The translations under genes were made by a program, and so were the position numbers. Source: Gammaproteobacteria bacterium (lineage in GTDB: Bacteria > Pseudomonadota > Gammaproteobacteria > Eutrophobiales > Eutrophobiaceae). Taken from it: DNA of 64,000 bases. The DNA lies in contig OZ220696.1 of assembly GCA_965116495.1 (NCBI GenBank), positions 3,712,001-3,776,000 on the forward strand. The letters are read 5' to 3'. This document shows, one piece after another, positions 21,259 to 30,195 of the stretch. Numbering within the stretch: position 1 is the first letter of the stretch; every line of letters begins with the position of its first letter. Under the pieces are notes generated by a model that worked only from the letters and a program-made list of their open reading frames with translations, ran no database searches and was not told the origin of the DNA.

Positions 21259-21895
21259 CGATTTGTCCCTTGAGCAAGACGATTGGTCCTTCCAGCACGC
21301 GTGTCAGGAAAGGGTTGCCGTTTGTACGTCGCTGGTTGAACTCCGTTACCGTGTAAAGGGTGAGGCTGATTTGCCTGCCCAACTCTTTCTCGGCAATTGA
21401 CAGGTGCGAGTAAAGCGTTTCCAGGGTCAGGTCGTCGGATACGACGAGCAGGTCAATGTCGCTCTGCGCGGTATCGGCCTGCTTCGCCACCGAACCGTAA
21501 ATGAGGGCGAGGGACATCAGTGCCGCCAATGGTTCGAGCGCTACCCGCACTTGCTCCTGCAGGCCAACGGTCTTGAGGATAATTGAACATAACTCTTTGT
21601 ATATGGGCGCCTCCTCATTGGCCTGGTAGTGCTTCCGGTTCCCGTATCGCTTTGTCACGACCAGGCCGCTTTGCTCAAGACGAGCCAGATCGCGCTGAAC
21701 GGCGCCGCGCCCGACATTGGCGAGTTCTATCAATTCAGTAACGTAGAAACTCCTTCCGGGCTGACCGAACAACAAACCAAGCAGTCGTTGCTGGGTTGTG
21801 GTGAACAACGCATCCGCCATGGACTGTGAATAGGTGCCCGACTTGTCCGCTTTGGCAAGGGCCAGAGGCTGATTGAAGGAAAGACTCATACCCAT
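21248..21895 (-). CDS. HTH + minimal nucleotidyltransferase (MNT) protein
   Basis: ALFTTTQQRLLGLLF winged HTH; YGSVAKQADTAQSDIDLLVV (GS-x10-DxD). Confidence 0.88.
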   Translation of the reverse strand: MGMSLSFNQPLALAKADKSGTYSQSMADALFTTTQQRLLGLLFGQPGRSFYVTELIELANVGRGAVQRDLARLEQSGLVVTKRYGNRKHYQANEEAPIYKELCSIILKTVGLQEQVRVALEPLAALMSLALIYGSVAKQADTAQSDIDLLVVSDDLTLETLYSHLSIAEKELGRQISLTLYTVTEFNQRRTNGNPFLTRVLEGPIVLLKGQIGAA

Positions 21896-21925
21896 AGAGG
21901 GTACTTTAGACCCCTTTTTGGGGAT
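21890..21925. promoter_or_regulatory. Two CCC-N5-GGG palindromic boxes at the MNT start, probable operator
   Basis: ACCCATAGAGGGT and ACCCCTTTTTGGGGA spaced ~20 bp. Confidence 0.5.
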
Positions 21926-21952
21926 GGTCAAGCTTTACATTATACCGTTCCG

Positions 21953-22048
21953 CTATGCTTGAGCCATGAAGACCCTGAGCGCCGTCACCAGTTTCTCGGC
22001 GGTTTCCTTGGCCAGAAAATGTCCACAGTCCTCGAATTCATGTAGTTC
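21953..22048 (-). pseudogene. C-terminal fragment of an alpha/beta hydrolase
   Basis: Manual translation ELHEFEDCGHFLAKETAEKLVTALRVFMAQA* (catalytic His region), no start. Confidence 0.55.
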
Positions 22049-22062
22049 GAAGTCAAAAAAAG

Positions 22063-22136
22063 CGCCCTGAAGAGGATTCGAACCTCTGGCCTTCCGCTTA
22101 GGAGGCGGACGCTCTATCCGTCTGAGCTATCAGGGC
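22063..22136 (-). tRNA. tRNA-Arg(CCT), CCA not encoded
   Basis: GCCCTGATAGCTCAGACGGATAGAGCGTCCGCCT-CCT-AAGCGGAAGGCCAGAGGTTCGAATCCTCTTCAGGGCG. Confidence 0.95.
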
Positions 22137-22408
22137 GTGGCTATACGGTTTACCCGAAATCCTGGCTCGGCGACCTGCCAGGGTGTCATTATAGAGTTTA
22201 GCAGCAGCTAAATAAATCGTGCAGGTTTGAAACCTCAAAAGATATCCCGATATTCCTGGTCGCAGCACATATATATGTAACGGGAATGTATTGATAATAC
22301 CGGAGAATTTACACTATACTGCACTCGTTGCGATTGACGATAAATTGCCGGCGCCATTCCTGTCGAAACGATTGGACGGGGTAGCTGTCGTGATGGGGCT
22401 CTGTCTTG

Positions 22409-23083
22409 ATGCACAAATATTCCATTATTATTCCCGCTTTGAATGAGGCGGATTATCTCGGCGCAAACCTGGAGCGTCTTCAGGCCGCTCGCGGCAGGGG
22501 CCATGAGGTGATTCTTGTTGACGGCGGCAGCACGGATGAGACTTGCAGGATCGCGGCAGGGAGGGTCGATTACGTTCTGGAATGCACCCCGGGCCGGGCC
22601 GGGCAGATGAACCGCGGTGCGCAGATTGCCCGAGGCGACATCTTCGTCTTTCTCCATGCCGATACCCTGCTGCATGACGAATTTGACAGGATCCTGGATA
22701 CGCACCCCGTGTCTGAGGACACCTGGGGGCGCTTTGATATCAGGTTGTCCGGCAACCATTTCATGTTCCGCTTTATAGAGATTTTTATGAATGCCCGTTC
22801 CCGGCTTACCGGTATTGCGACAGGCGACCAGGCTATCTTTACCGGCCGGCGTATTTTCCGGCAGGTGAACGGTTATGCGGATATCCCGTTGATGGAAGAC
22901 GTGGAAATGTCTTCAAGGTTGAAACAAATCTCTGCGCCTGCCTGTATCGGACAAAAGGTGACCAGTTCGTCCCGGCGCTGGGAAAAACACGGTATTGCCA
23001 GGACAACCCTGCTCTATTGGAAATTAAGGTTCTGTTATGGAATCGGATTCGACCCGCGCGAACTCGTCAAGCAGTATTATTAA
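22409..23083 (+). CDS. GT2 glycosyltransferase, TIGR04283-like
   Basis: SIIIPALNEA, VDGGSTD, GRAGQMNRGA, FLHADT, GIATGDQAIF, IPLMED, SSRRWEKHG. Confidence 0.9.
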   Translation: MHKYSIIIPALNEADYLGANLERLQAARGRGHEVILVDGGSTDETCRIAAGRVDYVLECTPGRAGQMNRGAQIARGDIFVFLHADTLLHDEFDRILDTHPVSEDTWGRFDIRLSGNHFMFRFIEIFMNARSRLTGIATGDQAIFTGRRIFRQVNGYADIPLMEDVEMSSRLKQISAPACIGQKVTSSSRRWEKHGIARTTLLYWKLRFCYGIGFDPRELVKQYY

Positions 23084-23699
23084 AACTGAAGCAGTATTGC
23101 TCGTTTTCACTAAAACGCCCGTCCCGGGACGCGTGAAAACCCGCCTTCTGGCTGTTATGGGACCCGAACAGGCTGCCGCAATTACGGTTGATTTGTTACG
23201 ACGGACCCTAGACGTTGCCCGCCGCTCCTGTGTCAGGGATATCGAGTTATGGTGTACGCCGACTGCGCGGCATCCCACCCTGGTTGAGCTTGGGGAAAAT
23301 TTTTCCGTGGCGCTGCAAACCCAGACTGGCGCCGACCTGGGTGAGCGCATGTATTCCGCTATGGAGCAGGCCCTGGACAGTTACCGCCATGTCATGCTGG
23401 CCGGTGCCGATTGCATTGACCTGGCCGTTGCGGATATTGATCTTGCCCGGGAAAAACTGGCGCAGGGATACGATGTTGTCCTGGGTCCGTCCCTGGACGG
23501 CGGCTATCACCTGATCGGGTTGAGCAGGTTATACCGGGAATTGTTTATGGGTATTGAGTGGGGGACGGACTCTGTATTGCGGGAAACCCGGAAGCGTGTT
23601 GCGCAATTGGACTTAAAGCTGTACGAACTGCCCGGACGGCGCGACCTCGACCGTCCCGAGGACCTGGACTATCTGGGTGACGGGATAAATGAGGTCTGA
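23037..23699 (+). CDS. TIGR04282/DUF2064 family transferase
   Basis: FTKTPVPGRVKTRL, QTGADLGERM, VLGPSLDGGYHLIG, DLDRPEDL. Confidence 0.88.
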   Translation: MESDSTRANSSSSIIKTEAVLLVFTKTPVPGRVKTRLLAVMGPEQAAAITVDLLRRTLDVARRSCVRDIELWCTPTARHPTLVELGENFSVALQTQTGADLGERMYSAMEQALDSYRHVMLAGADCIDLAVADIDLAREKLAQGYDVVLGPSLDGGYHLIGLSRLYRELFMGIEWGTDSVLRETRKRVAQLDLKLYELPGRRDLDRPEDLDYLGDGINEV

Positions 23700-23716
23700 C
23701 CCCATTTTTACATTTA

Positions 23717-24208
23717 TCAGTTCGCCTTTTCTTCCTCGGGGCCGTATTGCCTGATCAATTTCCGCGCAAGTTTTTCCGCTTCTTCCAGTTCCGCCGGCGC
23801 CAGGTTCTCCCTGGCCGCCGCTATTGCGCCTATCGATTTCTTGTGCTCGTGCTCTGCGCCCACCCGATACCAGGCATACGCGTACTCATAGTCTCTCGGC
23901 ACACCCCGGCCTTTCATATAAAGCTCTGCCAGCCTGTACTGGGCTTGCTTGACGCGTTGTTCCGCCGCCTTACGGAACCATTTCGCCGCGTCCTCGTAGT
24001 TTTGCCCGACGCCATTCCCGCGTAAATACATCATGCCAACGTAATATTGGGCAAGACCGTGTTCCGAGGTTTCCGCGAGCGAACGCATGGTGTTGTAGGC
24101 CTGTTCATACTCACCTCTGGCATAGGCGTAAACACCGTCGTTAAAATCGGCAAGCGCCGGGGTAACCGGCAAACACACCAGGGTAATCAGCAGGTAAAGT
24201 TTTTTCAT
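23717..24208 (-). CDS. Secreted Sel1-repeat protein
   Basis: Signal peptide; AQYYVGMMYLRGNGVGQNYEDAAKWFRKAAEQ, AQYRLAELYMKGRGVPRDY. Confidence 0.9.
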   Translation of the reverse strand: MKKLYLLITLVCLPVTPALADFNDGVYAYARGEYEQAYNTMRSLAETSEHGLAQYYVGMMYLRGNGVGQNYEDAAKWFRKAAEQRVKQAQYRLAELYMKGRGVPRDYEYAYAWYRVGAEHEHKKSIGAIAAARENLAPAELEEAEKLARKLIRQYGPEEEKAN

Positions 24209-24221
24209 GGGCGTCATTATA

Positions 24222-24360
24222 CAGAACTTAATTTGGGACACCCATAAATTTAGATTTATAGAACTTAATTTGGGACACCCATAAATTTAGATTTATTGAA
24301 AATTCATGGGTGTCCCAAATTGAGATATGTTGAAAATTCATGGGTGTCCCAAATTAAGAT
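24222..24360. repeat. Family A element with both arms tandemly duplicated
   Basis: AGAACTTAATTTGGGACACCCATAAATTTAGATTTAT x2 then TTGAAAATTCATGGGTGTCCCAAATT x2. Confidence 0.9.
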
Positions 24361-25254
24361 TTACATGCCCAGTTCTGAGAGGAGGGTGGCGATGGAACGG
24401 GCGGATTGTCCCGGCGCCATCAGGTGGACGCCGGCTATGCCGTCTATCTTCTGCATGGCCTCGATCAATTCGATACAGATGCGCCGGCCTTCCTGTTTCG
24501 GATCGGTGCTGTCTTCCAGGCGCTGTACCAGGGAATCCGGGACAGCCACTCCCCAGAGGTTTTCGCGCATCCACCCGGCGGAGCGGGCAGAGGCTACGGG
24601 CCCCAGTCCGATGAGAATTTTTGCCCTGTCGAGCAAACCCCATTCCCCCATTCCCCCGATGTATGCCTCGATCAGGTCAATGTCGTAGCACAACTGGGTC
24701 TGTATGAAGCGGGCGCCTGCATCTATCTTCTTGGTGATGACGGGCGGCGCTCCCTTGTCACCGAGTCGCTGCGGCAGGTCTGCCGAACCGATGTGGAACT
24801 GTGGGGGAGGGTCAATTGCACGGCCGTTCGGAAGTGCGCCTTTCTCACACATATCCCGGGCGAGGGCGATCAAGGCGGTGCTGTCAATATCATGAACCGC
24901 TTTTGCATCGGGTTGATCGCCTTTGGCCGGGTCATCTCCCGTCAGCAGCAACAGGTTGGAGACGCCGAATGCCGCACAACCGACCAGGTCGGCGCAGAGC
25001 GCGATCCGGTTACGGTCGCGGCAAGTCAGTTGCAGCACCGGTTCCATATCATTGACGGCAAGCAGGGTGGCGGCAGCAACACTCGACATGCTGGTCTTCG
25101 CTGCTGCGCCGTCGGTAACGTTAATCGCTTCGACCCGGCTCTTGAGTAAATCTGCCTCCTCCAGCAGGCTGTCGGCTGCGGCCGCCAGCGGCGGCACCAG
25201 TTCCGCGGTAAAACAGAATTTCCCTGCATTAAGGGAGTTTTCAAGCTGGTTCAA
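24361..25254 (-). CDS. metF: Methylenetetrahydrofolate reductase family protein
   Basis: TAELVPP, INVTDG, EPVLQLTCRDRNRIAL, LTGDD, KKIDAGARFIQTQ. Confidence 0.88.
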   Translation of the reverse strand: MNQLENSLNAGKFCFTAELVPPLAAAADSLLEEADLLKSRVEAINVTDGAAAKTSMSSVAAATLLAVNDMEPVLQLTCRDRNRIALCADLVGCAAFGVSNLLLLTGDDPAKGDQPDAKAVHDIDSTALIALARDMCEKGALPNGRAIDPPPQFHIGSADLPQRLGDKGAPPVITKKIDAGARFIQTQLCYDIDLIEAYIGGMGEWGLLDRAKILIGLGPVASARSAGWMRENLWGVAVPDSLVQRLEDSTDPKQEGRRICIELIEAMQKIDGIAGVHLMAPGQSARSIATLLSELGM

Positions 25255-25272
25255 TGTTGTCTCCTGTTTTTC

Positions 25273-26070
25273 TCATGGCTGGAGTAATGTGCGGGCCAGT
25301 ATATTGTGGACGGCTTCCGGTTGTTCGGACAGCATCATGTGGCCGCAATCCGGCAGGGTCTCCACCTGCACGTCAGCAAGTGCGGTGATGAGGTCGGCTG
25401 CCTGTGCCGGCGGCGTCATCCTGTCTTCTTCGCCCAGGACAAGGGTTGCCGGCGCGCTGATATTCCCTGCCGCCCTGATGCCGTTGTCATATTCGTTACA
25501 GGCCGTGAGGTCGGCATACAGAACATTTTCCAGGGACCGTTCAAGTAAACGCATGTTGCTGTTGAGTATATTGATCCCCGCAACCGGGTTACCGCCCAGT
25601 TGCGACGTATATGCATGGGAATACAACATGATCATGTCAACCGCGCTGTGGTCATTTGCCCGTGCGGCGTCAAGCAGGGGATGCGCTACCGTCATGGGCA
25701 GCGCGGCGCCCAGCAAAACGATATTGCTGATCCTTACCTGTGCTTGGTACGCGGCTTCCAGGGCCACCAGCGCACCCATGCTATGGCCGACCAGCGCGGT
25801 CTGTTCAATTCCCAGGGTACCGATAAATTCAAGCAACCAGCGCGCACCAGCTTCAATGGATGGCAGCGGCTCGCCCCCTGAACGACGGTGACCCGGCAGG
25901 TCGACGGCGATGGAATTGATTTTGTGCCTGGCGAAGTAACGGTTGAACAGGGTCCAGACCGTATGGTCGAGGCCGGCGCCATGTACGAAGACAATATTTG
26001 CCAAAGCGGGGTCGAAATCTTCCCTGCCGGTGGCGGCGAAGGCGCTCTGATTGTTCAGTTTAAATTCCAT
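25273..26070 (-). CDS. Alpha/beta fold hydrolase
   Basis: FVHGAG, DLPGH, GHSMG nucleophile elbow, DRMTP, CGHMM. Confidence 0.9.
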   Translation of the reverse strand: MEFKLNNQSAFAATGREDFDPALANIVFVHGAGLDHTVWTLFNRYFARHKINSIAVDLPGHRRSGGEPLPSIEAGARWLLEFIGTLGIEQTALVGHSMGALVALEAAYQAQVRISNIVLLGAALPMTVAHPLLDAARANDHSAVDMIMLYSHAYTSQLGGNPVAGINILNSNMRLLERSLENVLYADLTACNEYDNGIRAAGNISAPATLVLGEEDRMTPPAQAADLITALADVQVETLPDCGHMMLSEQPEAVHNILARTLLQP

Positions 26071-27354
26071 CTATTTCTGTGAGCGATACAATGCTCGCTC
26101 AAGATCGTTGATCAAATCTTCCGGGTCCTCCAGTCCGACGGACAACCTGACGAGTCCCTGGGTGACGCCGGCTTGTGTCAAGGCGTCGTCGTCCATGCGG
26201 CTGTGGGTGGTTGAGGCCGGGTGTATCACCAGGGATTTGGCGTCGCCTACGTTTGCGAGGTGGGAAAAAACCTTCAGGGACTCGATGAATTTACGGCCAG
26301 CGTCGCGCCCACCCTTCAGTTCAAAACTGAACACCGACCCGCAGCCCCGGGGCAACAGTTTCTGCGCCAGCCCGTAATCACGGTGTGCGGGCAGTTCCGG
26401 GTAGGTGACGTATTCGACGGCCTCGTTATTATTGAGGCACTCAACGGTTTTTCTCGTGTTGGCCACGTGTTTATCCATTCTCAGCGCAAGCGTCTCGACC
26501 CCCTGCAGGATATAGAAGGCATTGCCGGGGCTCAGGGCGGCGCCGAAGTCCCGCAGTCCCTCGCGCCGCGCCCGGTGCAGGAAGGCGTCGGGGCCGAAAT
26601 CCTCGGCAAAATCGATGTCAAGTATCCCGGCACTGGGTTCGGTAAGCGTCGTGAATTTACCGGAAGCATCCCAGTCAAAGCGGCCGGAATCCACGATGAT
26701 ACCGCCGATGGCAACACCGTGGCCGCCGATAAACTTGGTGAGGGAGTGGACTACGATATCCGCGCCGTGGTCGAAGGGTTTCAGCAGGTAGGGCGTGGTC
26801 AGGGTTGAATCCAGCATCAGCGGTATTTGCGCGTCATGGGCAATCCCGGCAATGGTCTCGATATCGAGTACTTCGCAGCGCGGGTTGCCTATGGTTTCGG
26901 CATAAACCATGCGGGTTTCGGGCCGTATGGCCTGCCTGAACGCTTCGGGTTCGCCCGGGTCCACGAAAGTTGTGGTGATGCCGAAACGGGACAGGGTGTA
27001 GGTAAACAGGTTGTGGGTGCCGCCGTACAGGGCATGGGATGACACGATATGGCTGCCGCCGTCCATGAGCGTGCATATCGCCAGGTGGATCGCAGCCATG
27101 CCGCTTGCCGTCGCCACGGCGCCGGTGCCGCCTTCCAGCCCGGCAACGCGTTCTTCCAGTACGGCCACGGTCGGGTTGGAGATACGCGAATACACGTGTC
27201 CTGAGCGGGCCAGGTCAAACATGGAGGATGCCTGGTCCGTTTCCCTGAAAACAAACGACGTGGTCTGGTAGATGGGTGCGGCGCGCGCGCCGGTGACGGG
27301 GTCGGGCCGTTGCCCGCCGTGCAGGCTGATGGTATCAAAGCCGGGATACTTCAT
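26071..27354 (-). CDS. metY: O-acetylhomoserine aminocarboxypropyltransferase
   Basis: PIYQTTSF, YSRISNPT, ASGMAA, HSLTKFIGGHG, HLANVGDAKSLVIHPASTTH. Confidence 0.92.
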   Translation of the reverse strand: MKYPGFDTISLHGGQRPDPVTGARAAPIYQTTSFVFRETDQASSMFDLARSGHVYSRISNPTVAVLEERVAGLEGGTGAVATASGMAAIHLAICTLMDGGSHIVSSHALYGGTHNLFTYTLSRFGITTTFVDPGEPEAFRQAIRPETRMVYAETIGNPRCEVLDIETIAGIAHDAQIPLMLDSTLTTPYLLKPFDHGADIVVHSLTKFIGGHGVAIGGIIVDSGRFDWDASGKFTTLTEPSAGILDIDFAEDFGPDAFLHRARREGLRDFGAALSPGNAFYILQGVETLALRMDKHVANTRKTVECLNNNEAVEYVTYPELPAHRDYGLAQKLLPRGCGSVFSFELKGGRDAGRKFIESLKVFSHLANVGDAKSLVIHPASTTHSRMDDDALTQAGVTQGLVRLSVGLEDPEDLINDLERALYRSQK

Positions 27355-27357
27355 GAC

Positions 27358-27532
27358 AATTACGAATTACGAATTAGGAATTAGGAATGACAATTCAGCA
27401 TTGTATCTGCTACTACCCCCAATTCCTAATTCCTAATTCCTAATTCCTAATTCCTAATTCCTAATTCGTAATTCGTAATTCGTAATTCGTAATTCGTAAT
27501 TCGTAATTCGTAATTCGTAATTCGTAATTCTC
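27358..27532. repeat. Inverted heptamer tandem arrays (family F)
   Basis: (AATTACG)2(AATTAGG)2 ... (AATTCCT)6(AATTCGT)9. Confidence 0.95.
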
Positions 27533-27547
27533 AATTATACTATTGTC

Positions 27548-27871
27548 ATGGCACAACAGGACATTCTTAATACGGCGCAGCACTGGCTGGACGAGGGTCG
27601 TGACATCGCCCTCGCTACCGTGATTGAAACCTGGGGTTCGGCGCCGTGTCCCAGCGGCAGTCACCTGGTGGTGGACGCGCAAACCAACTTCATCGGCTCC
27701 GTTTCCGGTGGCTGTGTGGAAACTGCCGTCATCGGTGAGGCGCAGGAAGTGATAAAAACCGGACAGCCGGTTGTGCTGGAATACGGTGTGACCAACGAGA
27801 TGGCCTGGGAGGTCGGACTGGCTTGCGGCGGTCGGATCAAGGTGTATGTGGAACCCCTGGTACACGCTTGA
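27548..27871 (+). CDS. XdhC/CoxI family protein, small N-terminal subunit
   Basis: ALATVIETWGSAP, GSVSGGCVE, AWEVGLACGG. Confidence 0.9.
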   Translation: MAQQDILNTAQHWLDEGRDIALATVIETWGSAPCPSGSHLVVDAQTNFIGSVSGGCVETAVIGEAQEVIKTGQPVVLEYGVTNEMAWEVGLACGGRIKVYVEPLVHA

Positions 27872-27875
27872 CGGC

Positions 27876-28562
27876 ATGCATACTTCATTACTGCAGGAGA
27901 TCAATAACTGCCGTTCGGCAAACAGGCCCTGCGTGTTATTCAGGAACCTGGACAACCATGAAAGCTTCGTGCTGGAACCCGGCCTGCACGTGGATGAAGA
28001 AGAAGCGGAACTGCACGAGCTTGCCATGCAGGCCCTGGCTGCAGACCAGTGTTTTCAGCGCGATCTCTATGGGCAGAACTATTTTATCCAGCCGTTCAAC
28101 AGCGCGCTGCACCTGATCATCATCGGCGCCGTGCACGTGGGTCAGCACCTTGCAGGCCACGCGCGGTCCTGTGGTTATGACGTTACCGTGGTCGATCCCA
28201 GGCAGGCGTTCGCCAGCGAGGCGCGCTTCCCCGGGGTGACGCTGAACCGGGACTGGCCCGATTTTGCCCTGGAGACGTTGGCGCCGGATACCCGCACCGC
28301 ACTGGTTACCCTGACCCATGATCCGAAGCTGGATGACCCGGCCCTGCAGGTGGCCCTGCGTTCCCCGGTTTTTTATATCGGCGCCCTGGGCAGCAGAAAG
28401 ACCCAGGCCGCCAGGGTGAAACGGCTGCAGGAAGCAGGTTTCACGGAGACTGAGATCGCCCGCATCAAAGCGCCGGTGGGTCTCGATATCGGGGCGCGCT
28501 CTCCCGCTGAAATTGCAGTGTCAATCATGGCCGAGATCACGGCCACGCTGCGTAGAAGATGA
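27876..28562 (+). CDS. XdhC family protein, Rossmann C-terminal subunit
   Basis: IIGAVHV, VDPR, LTHDPKLDD, FYIGALGSRKT, PVGLDIGARSPAEIAVSIMAE. Confidence 0.9.
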   Translation: MHTSLLQEINNCRSANRPCVLFRNLDNHESFVLEPGLHVDEEEAELHELAMQALAADQCFQRDLYGQNYFIQPFNSALHLIIIGAVHVGQHLAGHARSCGYDVTVVDPRQAFASEARFPGVTLNRDWPDFALETLAPDTRTALVTLTHDPKLDDPALQVALRSPVFYIGALGSRKTQAARVKRLQEAGFTETEIARIKAPVGLDIGARSPAEIAVSIMAEITATLRRR

Positions 28563-28704
28563 TTCATCCGCAGATTACGCAGATTAACGCAGATGTAATA
28601 AAATTATTGATAACAGAATAAGTTATCGATAACTAAAAAACTCCACAAGTTTATTAATTTTTATATTTTTATCTGCGGTAATCTGCGTAATCTGCGGATA
28701 AATC
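28561..28704. repeat. Family C element between convergent genes
   Basis: GATTCATCCGCAGATTACGCAGATTAACGCAGAT...ATCTGCGGTAATCTGCGTAATCTGCGGATAAATC. Confidence 0.85.
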
Positions 28705-30025
28705 ACGCTTTTTTATTTCTTATCAGACGGTTGGTATAGAACAGCAACAGCAGGGCCGTTGCCAAGTTGCCGGAGACGGCGGCTATGCCGGCGCCGACCA
28801 GGCCAATTTCCTGTAGCAGCAGGACCAAAACCGATATATGCAGGATGGTCGTGACTATCCTGACATTCATGGATATATCGGGACGGCCTATGGAATACAG
28901 GGCCGGGTCCAGGGCAAACGTGGTCATCATGATGGCGGCGGCAAACATGAGCAGGATGAGCACATCGTAAGCATTGATGTACTCTGCGCCGAAAGTCAGG
29001 CTTAACAGGGATTGGCCAAACACGAAAACCACCAGCAGGATAACGCCTGCGATGGCTCCCGCAACCAGCGCAGAGTGGGTGACGACGCTCCACAGGCGGC
29101 GGTAATCCTTGTTGACCGCAATTTTTGCCATTTCCGGGTAAACCGTTTCGTTAAACAGTTGTGCGGGTTTGAGCAGCACGGTCGAGGCTTCCTGGGCAAT
29201 CTTGAAAAGTCCGGCGCCCACCGGTCCCATCAGGAAGCCGACGATCAGGGTCGCGATGTGCGCGGTTGAAGCATACAGGGTTCGATGGACATGGGAAGTC
29301 CAGATGAATGACAGTATCCCCTCGTGGGGACGAATCAAGTGTTTGAGTTCGAGGTTCATACCTTTGCTCAAACCCCGGTGCCTGAATTCACGCCAGCCGA
29401 ACCAGACGGTACCGAGACACTGCACCGCGCCGGCGGCAAACCAGAACAACAGGAACGCGCTGACATGCTGGTAAAAGAGATATGCAAGACAAGCGCCGAC
29501 CAGGCGGATAGTCGGGACGACCATCAGCATGACGGCTATCAGGTCGAAGCGGTCGAACAGGCGCAGCAGGCCCAGGGGGGTTGCCTTGAAGTTGAACAGG
29601 ATCATGATGCAATAGACGGATGCCACCGGGACCAGTTCCGGCGTTACGCCGAATGACGGGCCGACGATGGGAATGACCAGGATGCCCACCAACGCGCCGG
29701 CAACGCAAAAGCCGATATCCAGCAGCATCGTAAATTTGACCAGTTTCTGAAAATCTCCCTCTTTATTGCTTTCCAGGCATATGGCGCCGTACCTGACTAC
29801 GCACTGCGAGGTCTTCAGCGTGACAAAATCACGCACTGCGACGGCATAAGCATGGATGAGTATGAGCACGCCGAAGTTATGCGCGCCGAGGGCGCGGGTG
29901 GCCAGGGCAAGGTAGAGCAATCCGACCAGGGCCGTATACACCTTGCCCGCAGTCAGCATGGCGGAATTCTTGAACACCCGGCGAAACAGGCCGTCGTCTA
30001 CTACTTGTTCAGCGCTGGAAGACAC
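28703..30025 (-). CDS. Wzx/MOP-family flippase downstream of spt
   Basis: ~12 hydrophobic segments, ATRALGAHNFG, PLGLLRLFDRFD, YPEMAK, FGAEY. Confidence 0.8.
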   Translation of the reverse strand: MSSSAEQVVDDGLFRRVFKNSAMLTAGKVYTALVGLLYLALATRALGAHNFGVLILIHAYAVAVRDFVTLKTSQCVVRYGAICLESNKEGDFQKLVKFTMLLDIGFCVAGALVGILVIPIVGPSFGVTPELVPVASVYCIMILFNFKATPLGLLRLFDRFDLIAVMLMVVPTIRLVGACLAYLFYQHVSAFLLFWFAAGAVQCLGTVWFGWREFRHRGLSKGMNLELKHLIRPHEGILSFIWTSHVHRTLYASTAHIATLIVGFLMGPVGAGLFKIAQEASTVLLKPAQLFNETVYPEMAKIAVNKDYRRLWSVVTHSALVAGAIAGVILLVVFVFGQSLLSLTFGAEYINAYDVLILLMFAAAIMMTTFALDPALYSIGRPDISMNVRIVTTILHISVLVLLLQEIGLVGAGIAAVSGNLATALLLLFYTNRLIRNKKA

Positions 30026-30061
30026 TGACTAATCCTGGAATATTTCCGACCATCCCGTCGC

Positions 30062-30124
30062 CATTCCTGCACAAGCAGGAATCCAATATGTTTACGTATG
30101 GATTCCGGCTTACGCCGGAATGAC
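30062..30124. repeat. Family E REP doublet
   Basis: CATTCCTGCACAAGCAGGAATCCA...TGGATTCCGGCTTACGCCGGAATGAC. Confidence 0.8.
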
Positions 30125-30195
30125 GTGCTGAAGTCTGAGTTCATGCTCGTCCGTCTATGGCTGGAGATTGGTTACTGAAGTCAGCAGGTGTCAGG

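Larger units (their letters stand above)
20661..22073. mobile_element. Decayed genomic islet integrated at tRNA-Arg(CCT)
   Basis: tRNA 3' end CTTCAGGGCGCCA duplicated at 20661-20673 (minus strand); IHF-consensus site AATCAAATACTTA at 20690-20702; cargo is MNT-HEPN and a gene fragment. Confidence 0.7.

Noticed and set aside
24222-24360. Possible mini-CRISPR (37-bp direct repeats)
   Set aside because: Repeats are adjacent without spacers and are arms of the dispersed family A palindrome
27548-28562. Frameshifted xdhC pseudogene
   Set aside because: Both parts have their own start and stop 4 bp apart; two-gene XdhC arrangements are common
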